The notes under the pieces are model-generated. The model ran no database searches, had not been told where the DNA came from, and saw only the letters and a list, made by a program, of their open reading frames with translations. A stretch of DNA of 64,000 nucleotides from Chthoniobacterales bacterium (GTDB lineage Bacteria > Verrucomicrobiota > Verrucomicrobiia > Chthoniobacterales > Chthoniobacteraceae), in NCBI GenBank assembly GCA_038207335.1, contig JBBQZX010000019.1, forward strand, positions 1 through 64,000, in the 5' to 3' direction. Numbering within the stretch: position 1 is the first letter of the stretch; every line of letters starts with the position of its first letter. This document shows positions 1-9,668 of the stretch, one piece after another. The translations under genes were made by a program, and so were the position numbers.

Positions 1-217
1 CGCGGCGTGTCCGATCACAAGGAAGCGCGTAGCGTTGTTTGGGCTGTCTTGGATCGAGGCGTCGAGGATTTCGAGGCCATAAACTTCCGCAGCCATTCGA
101 CCGGCGAGCGCTGCGGCGTGAGGTTCGCTGGCGGCAAGTTCAGCCGCGCGGGTAGTGCTAAACCTCGATGTGATCGACGCCTGCGAGGTGGTTTCGCAGC
201 CAGTTGCGGCACTGCCC
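1..217 (-). pseudogene. pheA: Prephenate dehydratase fragment; frameshifted, apparently 5'-truncated, runs off the window edge
   Basis: Manual translation gives GQCRNWLRNHLAGVDHIEV, then after a frameshift at ~160 STTRAAELAASEPHAAALAGRMAAEVYGLEILDASIQDSPNNATRFLVIG, which contains the PDT TRF motif. The upstream sequence does not give the expected SHPQ motif. Confidence 0.8.
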
Positions 218-357
218 ACGGTGATGATTGATCTGCGTCGCATGGCTTTGTGCCGCGTTCGCGAAGTCAATTTTTGCATGAACTTTTGCATGGAATCTCC
301 GTTCCCGTCAGTGCGCCGCTTGCGGATGCATCGTGATTTGAGCTACTTGCGGATTTT

Positions 358-472
358 ACCAAAAACCCCGCTGAAGCGAACTGCTCCGAGCGTCACGGCT
401 CCTGCTCCCCGCAGACCCACCGCGCAGGAGCCGCGCCGCCCTCCGCAGTCGCTGAGCTTGGGGTCGTGAGGC
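358..472 (+). mobile_element. Degenerate integron attC-like hairpin (solo)
   Basis: Imperfect ~115-bp palindrome. CGGCTCCTGC (396-405) pairs with GCAGGAGCCG (424-433), and GCGAACTGC pairs with GCAGTCGC. It ends GCTGAGCTTGGGGTCGTGAGGC, where GTGAGGC is one mismatch from an R' box GTTAGGC. Confidence 0.6.
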
Positions 473-491
473 GTGACTTTGTGAGCGTCGC

Positions 492-1117
492 TTAGTCGGC
501 CTTCCACTCGGGGTCGAAGTCGAAGGCCTGGTGCCAGGGGCCGGCCCAGGTGCTGTGGCGGCCTGTGTGCTGGACGAGGGAGGGGCGGTGGACCCAGAGG
601 GGGCCGAGGATGGCGGCGAGCAGCGCCATTTGCTGATCCTGTCGCAGGCCGGGGCCGCGCATTTTCTCCAAAATGAACTGGGCGCACGCGCGGGAGAAAA
701 TGCGGCCCTGCGCGCCGAGGATGGCGGGCGGGTCGGCGGAAAACCACGAGGGGCCGCTGCCGAGATCGGGCTCGGGCGGGGGGCGACGGGGCGGAGGCCG
801 CCGACATTGTAGAGGGTGGCGAAGTGCAGGCCGCCGCGGCGCAGGGGCGGCCATCGGAGGAGATTGTGGTGGAGCCAGCGGCTGAGGAGGAGGTCGTCCT
901 CGAGGACGAGGATGTCCGGGGCGCCGTCGTCCACCGCGCGGCGCAGGAGGCCGAGGTGGCCGCGGGCGATGGCCTCGTAGCCGGGCGCGCCGGGATCGGT
1001 GACGACGATGGGCGGCTCGGGCCAATCGCTGGCGGCGAGGGGGCGCAGGGTGGCGGCGAGCAGGGCTTCGCGACCGGGGCAGGTGAGGAGGTAAAGGCGC
1101 GGGGCGGGGGGGTGCAC
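492..1117 (-). pseudogene. Glycosyltransferase-like (GT25-like) gene split by a 1-nt frameshift at a G6 run (778-783)
   Basis: The N-terminal half (YLLTCPGR...ILVLEDD) is in ORF 356..1117 and the C-terminal half (...PSLVQHTG...FDFDPEWKAD) is in ORF 492..1025. Adding one base to the homopolymer joins them. Confidence 0.6.
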
Positions 1118-1256
1118 GGGGGCAAGGTGCCAGAGTCAGCGCAGGGCAGGCGACGATCTTTCCTGCGACACAAACGCACGACCACGAAACTTCGAGATAG
1201 ACCGGGATGGCGCGCGCTCGACGGGTGGCTTACTCTTTCGCCCCTTGCTCTCGCCG

Positions 1257-3317
1257 ATGAACATCACATCCCAAAAATCCTCCCCGCTTTCACTCCTCCT
1301 TGCCGCCTGCGCCTTTGCGGGAGCCTCGCTGCACGCGCAGACATTCATCTGGGTGCCGACGATTGGCGCGACAAATTACGACTGGAATGTGCCGTCCAAC
1401 TGGAATCCGAACACGAGCTTTCCAACTGGAGCGGGCGTGGTGGCGAATGTGAACAACGACATCGCAGGCAATCAGACGATCCGGTTGCGCCAGTTCATCA
1501 CGGTCGGGACGTTGAATCTCGGGGATGATGTCGCCTCGGGGAACAACTTCGGGTTCTCGATTTCGAATGCGACCGGCGATGTATTCGGGCTGACATTTGA
1601 CAGTGGCGCGACGGGAGTGGCGGCGCAGCTCAATCTCAATGCGACCGGCACGCCGACGAACAACATCGCGGTGCCGGTGACGCTCGCCTCGAATCTCGCG
1701 ATCAATCTCGGCAGCGGGACGCAACGTTTAGACGTGACGACGGTCGGTGGCTCGGTTGGTTCGCTCGATCTCGGTAGCGGGGCGAATGCGCGCAACGTGA
1801 CGGTGACTGGCGGAACGACGGGCCAAAACCAATTCACACTGACGAACGATCTCGCCGGAACCGGGACTTTCACGAACAACGGCAACGCCACGGTGATCAT
1901 GAGCGGGACGCCGCCGAAGACTTTCACGGGGACGTTTGTCCTGAACAAAGGCGTCGGGGCCTCGAATACGGGAAGCCTCACAGTGACCAACAGCTCCATC
2001 GCCAATGCGGCGGAGGTCATCATCAACGGCGCGCTCAGTGCGGGCGTGGTGCAGAGCGGTGGCAGCCTGCACTCGGGGAATCAATCTTCGATGACCACAA
2101 ATCCCGGGCAACGGCTGACGCAAAATCGGATCACCTTCAACGGCGGAACGTTGAACGTAGTCGGGCAGGTGCTCAGCGGCGCGGCGTTGAACACGCTCGT
2201 GCAGGACAATGTGAGCGTGTTGGATTTTCACTCCGGGTATTCGCTGACGACAATCGCGGCGCAAACGGGCTCCACCGGCACGCTGCTGAATGTCGCGACG
2301 CTCCAGCGTTCGCCGGGAGCGACGGGGTTCGTGCGTGCCGGCACGCTCGCCGGCACCGCGCAGCTGCTGGTGGGAAATAGCGCGACTTTCTTGAAAGGCG
2401 CAGGCGGCGCGGAAGGCAGCACGACCATCAGCATCATCCCATGGCTCACCGCCAGCAATACGAACGCCTTCGCGGGGTCGTCGGACTTTTTTGCGACTTA
2501 CGCAGCTGGCGGAATACGGGCGCTGATTTCGACCGAGTTCGCATCGTCGATAACCGCGGGACCGGGAGCCAATGTGGGCACTGGCGCCGTGACAGTGCCT
2601 GCGGGCGACACGAGCGACACGGTGAATTCTCTCCGCTACACGGTCAGCGGCACGGGGAATATCGGAGCCGGCAAGACGTTGATTATTGGCAGTGGGGCGG
2701 TGAGTTTTGCGTCGAATAATGGGACGATCGGAGGGAGTGGAAACGCCGCCGCTGGGACGCTGCAGTTTGGCGCCGTGGGCGCTCCTGCGGAGGGGGTGGT
2801 CTGGATGGGCGGCACGAATTCGAACACGATCGGTGCGGCGATCACCGGCACGATGGGGCTGACAAAGGCTGGTACCGGCACGCTCGTCCTGACTGGTGCG
2901 AATAGTTTCACCGGCACCGCCTATGTCAGCGCTGGAACGCTCCAAATCGGCGACGGCACTTTCAGCTCCAATCTCGGAATCACCGGCGACGTCGGCATCG
3001 CAAACGGTGCGCTGCTTTCGCTCCTTAACGGCAACGCCATCGCCGACAACGCAAGCGTGCGGCTCGAAAACTTCGGACTGCTCAACGGCAAAATCAGCCT
3101 CGCTGCTGGCGTGAACGAAACGGTCGGCGGTCTGTTCTTTGGCGCCGCAGCTCAGCTCGCGGGCACATGGGGCAGCAGCACCAGCGGCGCGACTTATCAG
3201 AACGACACGTTCTTCGCGGGCACCGGCGTGCTGACCGTCGTCCCTGAGCCAGCGAGCGCCGCGTTGCTGCTCTTATCGGCGACGGCTTTACTCGGCTTGC
3301 GCCGTCGTCGCGCCTGA
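1257..3317 (+). CDS. PEP-CTERM surface protein with autotransporter-associated beta-strand repeat
   Basis: Signal peptide, G/T/N-rich beta-helix-like body, GLTKAGTGTLVLTGANSFTG repeat, and C-terminal VPEP + hydrophobic helix + RRRRA. Confidence 0.9.
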   Translation: MNITSQKSSPLSLLLAACAFAGASLHAQTFIWVPTIGATNYDWNVPSNWNPNTSFPTGAGVVANVNNDIAGNQTIRLRQFITVGTLNLGDDVASGNNFGFSISNATGDVFGLTFDSGATGVAAQLNLNATGTPTNNIAVPVTLASNLAINLGSGTQRLDVTTVGGSVGSLDLGSGANARNVTVTGGTTGQNQFTLTNDLAGTGTFTNNGNATVIMSGTPPKTFTGTFVLNKGVGASNTGSLTVTNSSIANAAEVIINGALSAGVVQSGGSLHSGNQSSMTTNPGQRLTQNRITFNGGTLNVVGQVLSGAALNTLVQDNVSVLDFHSGYSLTTIAAQTGSTGTLLNVATLQRSPGATGFVRAGTLAGTAQLLVGNSATFLKGAGGAEGSTTISIIPWLTASNTNAFAGSSDFFATYAAGGIRALISTEFASSITAGPGANVGTGAVTVPAGDTSDTVNSLRYTVSGTGNIGAGKTLIIGSGAVSFASNNGTIGGSGNAAAGTLQFGAVGAPAEGVVWMGGTNSNTIGAAITGTMGLTKAGTGTLVLTGANSFTGTAYVSAGTLQIGDGTFSSNLGITGDVGIANGALLSLLNGNAIADNASVRLENFGLLNGKISLAAGVNETVGGLFFGAAAQLAGTWGSSTSGATYQNDTFFAGTGVLTVVPEPASAALLLLSATALLGLRRRRA

Positions 3318-3320
3318 TTC

Positions 3321-5648
3321 GTGGCTTTGTTACTCTTCCCTGATATCCGTTGTGCACTCGTCGCGTGTGCTGCACTCCTGCCGCCGGGGTTGACGGCGGC
3401 AGATTTTCAAAAGGACGCCGGCGCGTTCTTTGAAAAGCACTGTTACGACTGCCACGAGAGCGGCACGACGAAGGGCGGGCTGAATCTCGAAAAAGCGGAC
3501 ACCGCAATCGGTGGTCCCGAGCAGGCGGACATGTGGACGCACATCTTCGACCGAATCGCGCACGACGAGATGCCGCCGCCCAAAAAGCCGCGCCCCGACA
3601 AGCTGGCGGCAGCCGGTTTTCTCGCCGAGCTAAAGCCGCGCCTGCTCGCAGCCGACCGTGCGCGGCGCAGCGTCGTCCAGCGACGTCTCAACCGCGAGGA
3701 ATACGAGAACACGCTCCACGATTTGCTCGGCATCGACATCGAGTTGAAAGGCCTTCTTCCCGAGGATCAGCAGGCCGGTGGCTTCGACAACAACGGCGCG
3801 GCGCTCGCGCTTTCCACCGAGCAAATGCAGCGCTACCTCGAAACCGCGCGCATGGCCGTGGACGCGGCGATCGTCACCGGCGAGCGCTCCGCGACCGAGA
3901 CATGGAAGTGCGATTCGCTCGGCGAAGTGCAGCGCTACATCGACTCCGGGCAGTTTGGCTACGTCGATGGGCGCATCGTCCTCTATACGACCAGCGACGA
4001 CACTTACTCCAAAATCTCCACGCGCTCCAAACGCACGCCGGTGCGCGGCCGCTACCGCTTCAGCTTCCAAGCCGCCGCCGAAAATACCACCGGCCTCGGT
4101 TTCTTCACGGTGAACGCCTCGAACTTCGCAGGAGTCGCCGCGACCTCGAAGAATCTCGGCTACTACGAAGTCGGTCCAGAGCCGAAGACCTTTGATATCG
4201 AAGCCGTGCTCGATCCGAAATCGGCGATTCAATTCTTCGCGCAGGGCCTGCCGGGCTACGTGAAAAACACTCCCGGCATGAAGCACCCGGGCGTCGGCTT
4301 TGGGCCGGTCGAGGTCACCGGCCCCATCATCGATCAGTGGCCGCCCGAGAGCCACGCGCGCCTCCTGGGCAAGACCGACCTCGCGATAGGCACGCTCAAC
4401 GACGCGCACGAAATCCTCCGCCGTTTCCTCCCGCGCGCGTTCCGCCGTCCAGTCGCCGACAGCGAGACCGACCGCTTTCTCGGCCTCATCCGCTCGCGTC
4501 TCGATGTTGGCCGCTCCTTTGAAGAAAGTCTCCGCACCGGCCTCGTCGCCGTTCTTTGTTCGCCAAATTTCCTCTACCTCCGCGAGGAATCCCGACCCGA
4601 CGCGCAACGCATCACCGACACAGAACTCGCCTCGCGCCTCTCCTATTTTCTCTGGTCCTCGATGCCCGACGACGAACTCCTCGGCGCCAAGCTGAGCGAC
4701 CCAAAAATCCTCCACGCGCAGACCGAGCGCCTCCTCCGCGACGCAAAGGCAGAGCGCTTCATCACCAACTTCACGGGCCAGTGGCTCCGCCTGCGCCAGA
4801 TCGCCGACACCACGCCCGACCGCAAACTTTACAAGGACTTCGACGAACTCCTCCAGATGAGCATGGTCCGCGAAGGCGAGAGCTTTTTCCGCCAACTCCT
4901 CGTCGAGGACCGACCGATCACCGACATCCTCGACTCCGACTGGGCCATGTTGAACCAGCGCCTCGCCGAGCACTACGGCATCCCCGGAGTCACCGGCCTC
5001 GCCATGCGAAGAGTCGTGCTTCCCGCCGGCAGCGTGCGCGGCGGCGTGCTCACGCAGGCGGGCGTTTTGAAAGTCACAGCCAACGGGACCTCGACATCGC
5101 CCGTGCTTCGCGGAGTCTGGGTGCTGGAAAATATCCTCGGGCATGCCACGCCGCCGCCGCCTCCCGGCACTCCTGCGATCGAGCCGGACATTCGCGGCGC
5201 GACCACAATCCGCGAGCAGCTCGACAAGCATCGATCGAGCGAAAGCTGCGCGGTCTGCCACAAGCTCATCGACCCGCCCGGCTTCGCGCTCGAGAGCTTT
5301 GATCCGACGGGGGCCTTTCGCGAAAAGTATCTGCGCTGGAATGTGAGCAACGCCGAGAAAGGCTGGGGGAGTGTCGGCCCCGGCGCGTCCGTGGACGCAA
5401 CCGGACACCTCGCCACCGGCGAGCCATTCAGCGGCATTCGCGAATTCAAAAAACTCCTCCTCGCTCGCCGTGACGATTTCGCCCACTGCCTCGCCGGCAA
5501 GCTCATGACTTACGGCATCGGCCGCGAACTCGGCTTCAGCGACCGCGACGCCATCGACGCGATCGTCACCCGTGCCGATTCTACCGGCGGCGGACTTCGC
5601 ACCCTCATCCACGCAATCGTCGCCAGCGACACCTTCGCCACCCGCTAA
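3321..5648 (+). CDS. DUF1592/DUF1588/DUF1587/DUF1595/DUF1585 planctomycete-type cytochrome c protein
   Basis: CYDCH and CAVCH heme motifs; RRLNREEYENTLHDLLG, LASRLSYFLWSSMPD and TSPVLRGVWVLENILG. Confidence 0.9.
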   Translation: MALLLFPDIRCALVACAALLPPGLTAADFQKDAGAFFEKHCYDCHESGTTKGGLNLEKADTAIGGPEQADMWTHIFDRIAHDEMPPPKKPRPDKLAAAGFLAELKPRLLAADRARRSVVQRRLNREEYENTLHDLLGIDIELKGLLPEDQQAGGFDNNGAALALSTEQMQRYLETARMAVDAAIVTGERSATETWKCDSLGEVQRYIDSGQFGYVDGRIVLYTTSDDTYSKISTRSKRTPVRGRYRFSFQAAAENTTGLGFFTVNASNFAGVAATSKNLGYYEVGPEPKTFDIEAVLDPKSAIQFFAQGLPGYVKNTPGMKHPGVGFGPVEVTGPIIDQWPPESHARLLGKTDLAIGTLNDAHEILRRFLPRAFRRPVADSETDRFLGLIRSRLDVGRSFEESLRTGLVAVLCSPNFLYLREESRPDAQRITDTELASRLSYFLWSSMPDDELLGAKLSDPKILHAQTERLLRDAKAERFITNFTGQWLRLRQIADTTPDRKLYKDFDELLQMSMVREGESFFRQLLVEDRPITDILDSDWAMLNQRLAEHYGIPGVTGLAMRRVVLPAGSVRGGVLTQAGVLKVTANGTSTSPVLRGVWVLENILGHATPPPPPGTPAIEPDIRGATTIREQLDKHRSSESCAVCHKLIDPPGFALESFDPTGAFREKYLRWNVSNAEKGWGSVGPGASVDATGHLATGEPFSGIREFKKLLLARRDDFAHCLAGKLMTYGIGRELGFSDRDAIDAIVTRADSTGGGLRTLIHAIVASDTFATR

Positions 5649-5657
5649 ACCTCAGCC

Positions 5658-6917
5658 ATGCAAAAACTCACACGACGCACCTTCCTCCGCGGCGCAGGCG
5701 TCTGCCTCGCGCTTCCGCTGCTCGAAGCCATGCTTCCCGCCCGCGCCCGCGCCGCCGCGACAGCAGCCCCCCAGCGCTTCGTCGCCATCAATATCCCGCT
5801 CAGCTTCATCCCCGCGAATTTCTTCCCGGATGTGCCCGGCGCCGACTACACGCTCAGCTCCTACCTCCAGCCGGGAGCCGCGCTCCGAGGCGATTTTACC
5901 ATCTGCTCCGGCCTCAGCCACCCCGGCGTCGACGGCGGCCACTCCGCCGAGAAATCGTTTCTCACAGCAGCGCCGCAGCCCGGCTCCCGCTCGTTCAAAA
6001 ACACGATCTCCCTCGATCAATTCATCGCCCGCCAGATCGGCGACCGCACTCGCTTCGCATCGCTCACGCTCGGCGACCACTCACTTTCATGGAGTGAAAA
6101 TGGCGTCTCCATTCCCGCCGAGCACTCTCCGGCGAAAGCCTTCAGCCGCCTCTTCCTCACCGGCAAGCCGGGCGAAATCGCCGCTCAAGAGCGCGACCTC
6201 GAAGACGGTCGCTCGATCATGGACACCGTCCTCGGCGACGCCAAAGCCATCGAGCGCAGCGTCGGTGCCGCCGATCGCCAGAAGCTCGATCAGTTCTTCA
6301 CCGCAGTCCGTGAGACCGAGCAGCGGCTCACGAAATCGCAAGCATGGACGCACACGCCGAAGCCTGTCGTTGATGCCAGGCCACCCGAGAAACTCGACGA
6401 CGCAGACCTCGTCGGCATGTTCCGCGCGCACTTCGATGTCATCCGCCTCGCCCTCAGCACCGACTCTACGCGAGTCGTCGCGCTAGGCGGCACCGGCTAC
6501 GGCACCGTCCCGAAAATCAAAGGCGTGGAGCAGGGCTACCACGGCCTGTCGCATCACGGCAAAAATCCCGAGATGATGCGCCAGCTCGAACTCGTCGAGC
6601 GCGCCACGCTCCAAGCCTTCTTCGACTTCCTCGCCGCCCTCAAAGCCAGCGCCGAAGACGACACCCATCTCCTCGGCCGCACGCAAATCCTCTTCGGCAG
6701 CAACCTCGGAAACGCGAGCGCTCACTCGACCACAAATTTGCCGATCCTCCTCGCGGGTGGCGCGCATCGCCACGGCAAGCACCTCGCCTTCGACCCGGTC
6801 CAAAATCACCCGCTGCCAAACCTCTTCGTCAGCGTCCTCCAGCGCGCCGGCCTCGAAGCCGCCTCCTTCGCCAGCAGCACGGGCACCCTCACGGGCCTCG
6901 ACCCCGCTCGCGGCTGA
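5658..6917 (+). CDS. DUF1552 family protein (Tat signal)
   Basis: TRRTFLRGAGVCLALPLLEAM; YHGLSHHG; GSNLGNASAHSTTNLPILLAGG; usual partner of DUF1592. Confidence 0.9.
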   Translation: MQKLTRRTFLRGAGVCLALPLLEAMLPARARAAATAAPQRFVAINIPLSFIPANFFPDVPGADYTLSSYLQPGAALRGDFTICSGLSHPGVDGGHSAEKSFLTAAPQPGSRSFKNTISLDQFIARQIGDRTRFASLTLGDHSLSWSENGVSIPAEHSPAKAFSRLFLTGKPGEIAAQERDLEDGRSIMDTVLGDAKAIERSVGAADRQKLDQFFTAVRETEQRLTKSQAWTHTPKPVVDARPPEKLDDADLVGMFRAHFDVIRLALSTDSTRVVALGGTGYGTVPKIKGVEQGYHGLSHHGKNPEMMRQLELVERATLQAFFDFLAALKASAEDDTHLLGRTQILFGSNLGNASAHSTTNLPILLAGGAHRHGKHLAFDPVQNHPLPNLFVSVLQRAGLEAASFASSTGTLTGLDPARG

Positions 6918-7158
6918 GCTACAGGAATCAGAGCGAATCTACCTGCAATGGCATCGTGAGGGCGCGGCACTGCGAGAGACCTTGCAAAAAAAACGACTGC
7001 ATGGCGCGGCGCGCGACCCGACCGCAGCGCGAGCTCTTGCGGCAGCGGGATTCTGCCGAAATCGTGGCCGCGAAATTCGCCAATGCCCTCACTCTTCCTG
7101 ACTTGCCGTATTCGTTTGTAACCCGCGCGATGCTTTCCCGTAATCCTTTTCAGAAACC

Positions 7159-7606
7159 ATGGATGCCCCACTTGCCCCGCGCTCCTTCCAAACTACCCGT
7201 TGGTCGATCGTGCGCCAGGTCGCCAGCAGCACTGATCTCGCCGCCAGACAGGCGCTCGCCACGCTCTGCGAGGCGTATTGGATCCTGTCTATGCGTTCAT
7301 CCGCCGCTCGGGAAAAGGACCGCACGATGCCGAGGATCTCACGCAAGGCTTCTTAGCCCGGCTGTTGGAAAAGGGAATCCTCGCCACGGTCGATCCCGCC
7401 AAGGGAAAGCTCCGCTCGTTTCTCCTGAGCTGCGTCCGCAACTTCGTCGCCGATGAACACTCACGCGACATGGCGCTAAAGCGCGGCGCGGGAGTTCTCG
7501 TAAACGTCAATCCCGAATGGGCGGAAGGAATGTATGCCACCGAACCGGTGGATACCCTGACGCCGGATCGCCTTTCCAACGCAGCTGGGCACTCACCGTC
7601 CTAGAG
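7159..7606 (+). pseudogene. ECF RNA polymerase sigma factor pseudogene (two frameshifts, region 4 missing)
   Basis: FQTTRWSIV...ALATLCEAYW | (Y)PVYAFIRR...DAEDLTQGF...GKLRSFLL...TPDRL | FQRSWALTVLE. Single-base deletions at ~7281 and ~7573; similarity stops after ~7606. Confidence 0.85.
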
Positions 7607-7654
7607 CTGCGTCCTCGCACCAGACGATGGGCCTTCATCACCGCGCACGCTGAA

Positions 7655-8485
7655 ATGAGAAAACTTTGCCCCTTCGCAACTATGGTCCTTGGCCTGCTTG
7701 CCACCTCTGCCATTGTCACGGAAGGCGCATTCCCGCCCTACGCCACGACCGCATTCGCGCAGGCTGAGGCGGTGAGAAAGTATCCGCCTCTCGGTCAGGC
7801 CGACTCGGCGTTCAATCGGGAGTTTGTCAACCGTTTCAATCGCTACGAGACTGAACAACCCGATTTCTTCAAAGACCCCGCGTGGCCGGTTGTGCTTGCA
7901 AATCAGGTGGCCAAATATCTCCGTGTTACGCCAGCGGACGGCGCGGGCTCGGGAAGCTCAAAAGCTACTACAAGTGCCGACCTTGGTGCGCAGGTGATTT
8001 CTTTCTGCCGACAAAACTTCGGGAGTAAGATAGGGAACGGTGAATGTTCCACCCTGGTCGGGCAAGCCTTGCAGGCCGCCGGGGCTGCCGGAATCATCAG
8101 GGGTTTTCCACGCGCAGGGGATTACGTTTGGGAGAGGGGCGTCGCAGTTATCGAGGCTGGAAGGAACGGGCCTGAGCTAGGCCAGAGTTTGGCGAATGTT
8201 GCGCCCGGCGATGTGGTTCAGTTTCGCGATGCCCGATTCAAAGGCCGGAGTCATGACGGCGGAAACGGAACCTACTGGGCGGACAGGCTGCACCACAGTG
8301 CCGTTGTCGCTGCAATCGATCCCGGTCTGTGCGTCTTGATCGTGATTGAACAGAACGTCAGCCGTCCTTCCAAAGTCACCCAAAACACCCTTTATCTTTC
8401 CGACCTCAAGACCGGATGGATGCGCTTTTGCCGTCCAGAACCTCTCCTGCTGAAAAAGTCGCCGTCTCCAAGTGCGGCCAAATAG
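7655..8485 (+). CDS. Putative secreted CHAP/NlpC-P60-fold cysteine hydrolase
   Basis: Signal-like N-terminus MRKLCPFATMVLGLLATSAI; KIGNGEC (Cys), PGDVVQF, HHSAVV (His) and VIEQN motifs. Confidence 0.6.
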   Translation: MRKLCPFATMVLGLLATSAIVTEGAFPPYATTAFAQAEAVRKYPPLGQADSAFNREFVNRFNRYETEQPDFFKDPAWPVVLANQVAKYLRVTPADGAGSGSSKATTSADLGAQVISFCRQNFGSKIGNGECSTLVGQALQAAGAAGIIRGFPRAGDYVWERGVAVIEAGRNGPELGQSLANVAPGDVVQFRDARFKGRSHDGGNGTYWADRLHHSAVVAAIDPGLCVLIVIEQNVSRPSKVTQNTLYLSDLKTGWMRFCRPEPLLLKKSPSPSAAK

Positions 8486-8558
8486 CGAATCGCCATGTGT
8501 GCGACTCTTCAGAGGCTTCGGACGCAACACGGATCGTGCGGTAGCCAAACCGCATGTA

Positions 8559-9668
8559 TCAGCCGGCTGAGCGCGTCTTCCACATCACGCGTTTCCCGAG
8601 AGCGCGGCAGATGAGCGAGTGCCACTGAATCAAGACCAGCACAGCGATCGCGAGCGGGTGCAATGCCGCGCCGATCATCGGTTTGTGAAACTTTTTCGCC
8701 GCCAAAAGCCGCGGCAGCCACGCGCAAATCACAGCGACGACAGCGGCAACGTGCGCTGCTCGCGCCGCCGTCGCCATGAGGATGAACGGCAGCACCTGCC
8801 CGCCGAGCAGCACGATTGTAGCCGGCACGATGAGAGCGCGCGAGCCGAGCCCTTCGTGCGCGTTTTTTGCGAAGCCATTCCAGACCTGCGCGGCATCGGA
8901 ATACATTCGGCAAGCGAATGAATCGGTTGCGTCGAAGAGATCGGTGCGGAGCCCGTGCGCGCGAAAATTCCGCGTCAGTGCGACGGCATCGTGAATGCGG
9001 TCCCGAACCGCGGAATGTCCGCCGCTGCTGCGATACGCGTCGCGATCGACCGCGAGAATCTGTCCACAAGCCGCGGCAAATGCCGGGTCCGTCGTCGCGC
9101 GCATCCGGCGCAGCGGCAGAAAGCCGAGCAGCACGAAATGAATGAGCGGAACGATGAGAATTTCCATCCAAGTCCCTGTCGTCTGTAGCGGCACACCGCT
9201 CACTAGAGCCACCCCGCTTTCCTTCAAAAAGTCCGCGACCCGCGCGAGTGAGTCGATGCCCGAAACCCGCACATCCGCATCCATGAAAATCAAAACAGGA
9301 TGCGTTGCGGCATCCGCGAGCTGCTGGCATGCGAAGTTTTTTCCGCACCAGCCCACGGGCAGCTTTGCGCTGCGAATCAGCCGCACGCGAGGATCGCGAG
9401 CCGCGAGACCGTTGACGATTTCCGCCGTCGCGTCAGTCGAGTGATCGTCGAGGACGATCACCTCCAGCTCCACGCCCGCCGATTTCAAAGCCGACGCCAG
9501 CGCTGCCGCGATGTTCGCTTCTTCGTCCCGCGCCGGGATGAGCAGCGACATTCCGCGCGAGCGAAGGGCCGAGCGGGGGAGCGGGCGATACTCGCGGAGA
9601 TTCGCGAGGAAGAGCCCGCACGGTATGGCGGCGAGAAGCAATGAGAGGAGCGCGAGAGCTGTCCACAT
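8559..9668 (-). CDS. crtQ: GT2 glycosyltransferase, CrtQ-like carotenoid glycosyltransferase
   Basis: LLIPARDEE, VLDDHSTD, GWCGKNFAC, FMDADV; last gene of the crt operon. Confidence 0.8.
   Translation of the reverse strand: MWTALALLSLLLAAIPCGLFLANLREYRPLPRSALRSRGMSLLIPARDEEANIAAALASALKSAGVELEVIVLDDHSTDATAEIVNGLAARDPRVRLIRSAKLPVGWCGKNFACQQLADAATHPVLIFMDADVRVSGIDSLARVADFLKESGVALVSGVPLQTTGTWMEILIVPLIHFVLLGFLPLRRMRATTDPAFAAACGQILAVDRDAYRSSGGHSAVRDRIHDAVALTRNFRAHGLRTDLFDATDSFACRMYSDAAQVWNGFAKNAHEGLGSRALIVPATIVLLGGQVLPFILMATAARAAHVAAVVAVICAWLPRLLAAKKFHKPMIGAALHPLAIAVLVLIQWHSLICRALGKRVMWKTRSAG

Noticed and set aside
6918..7158. Possible gene fragment around an A8 run
   Set aside because: No frame gave a recognisable protein.
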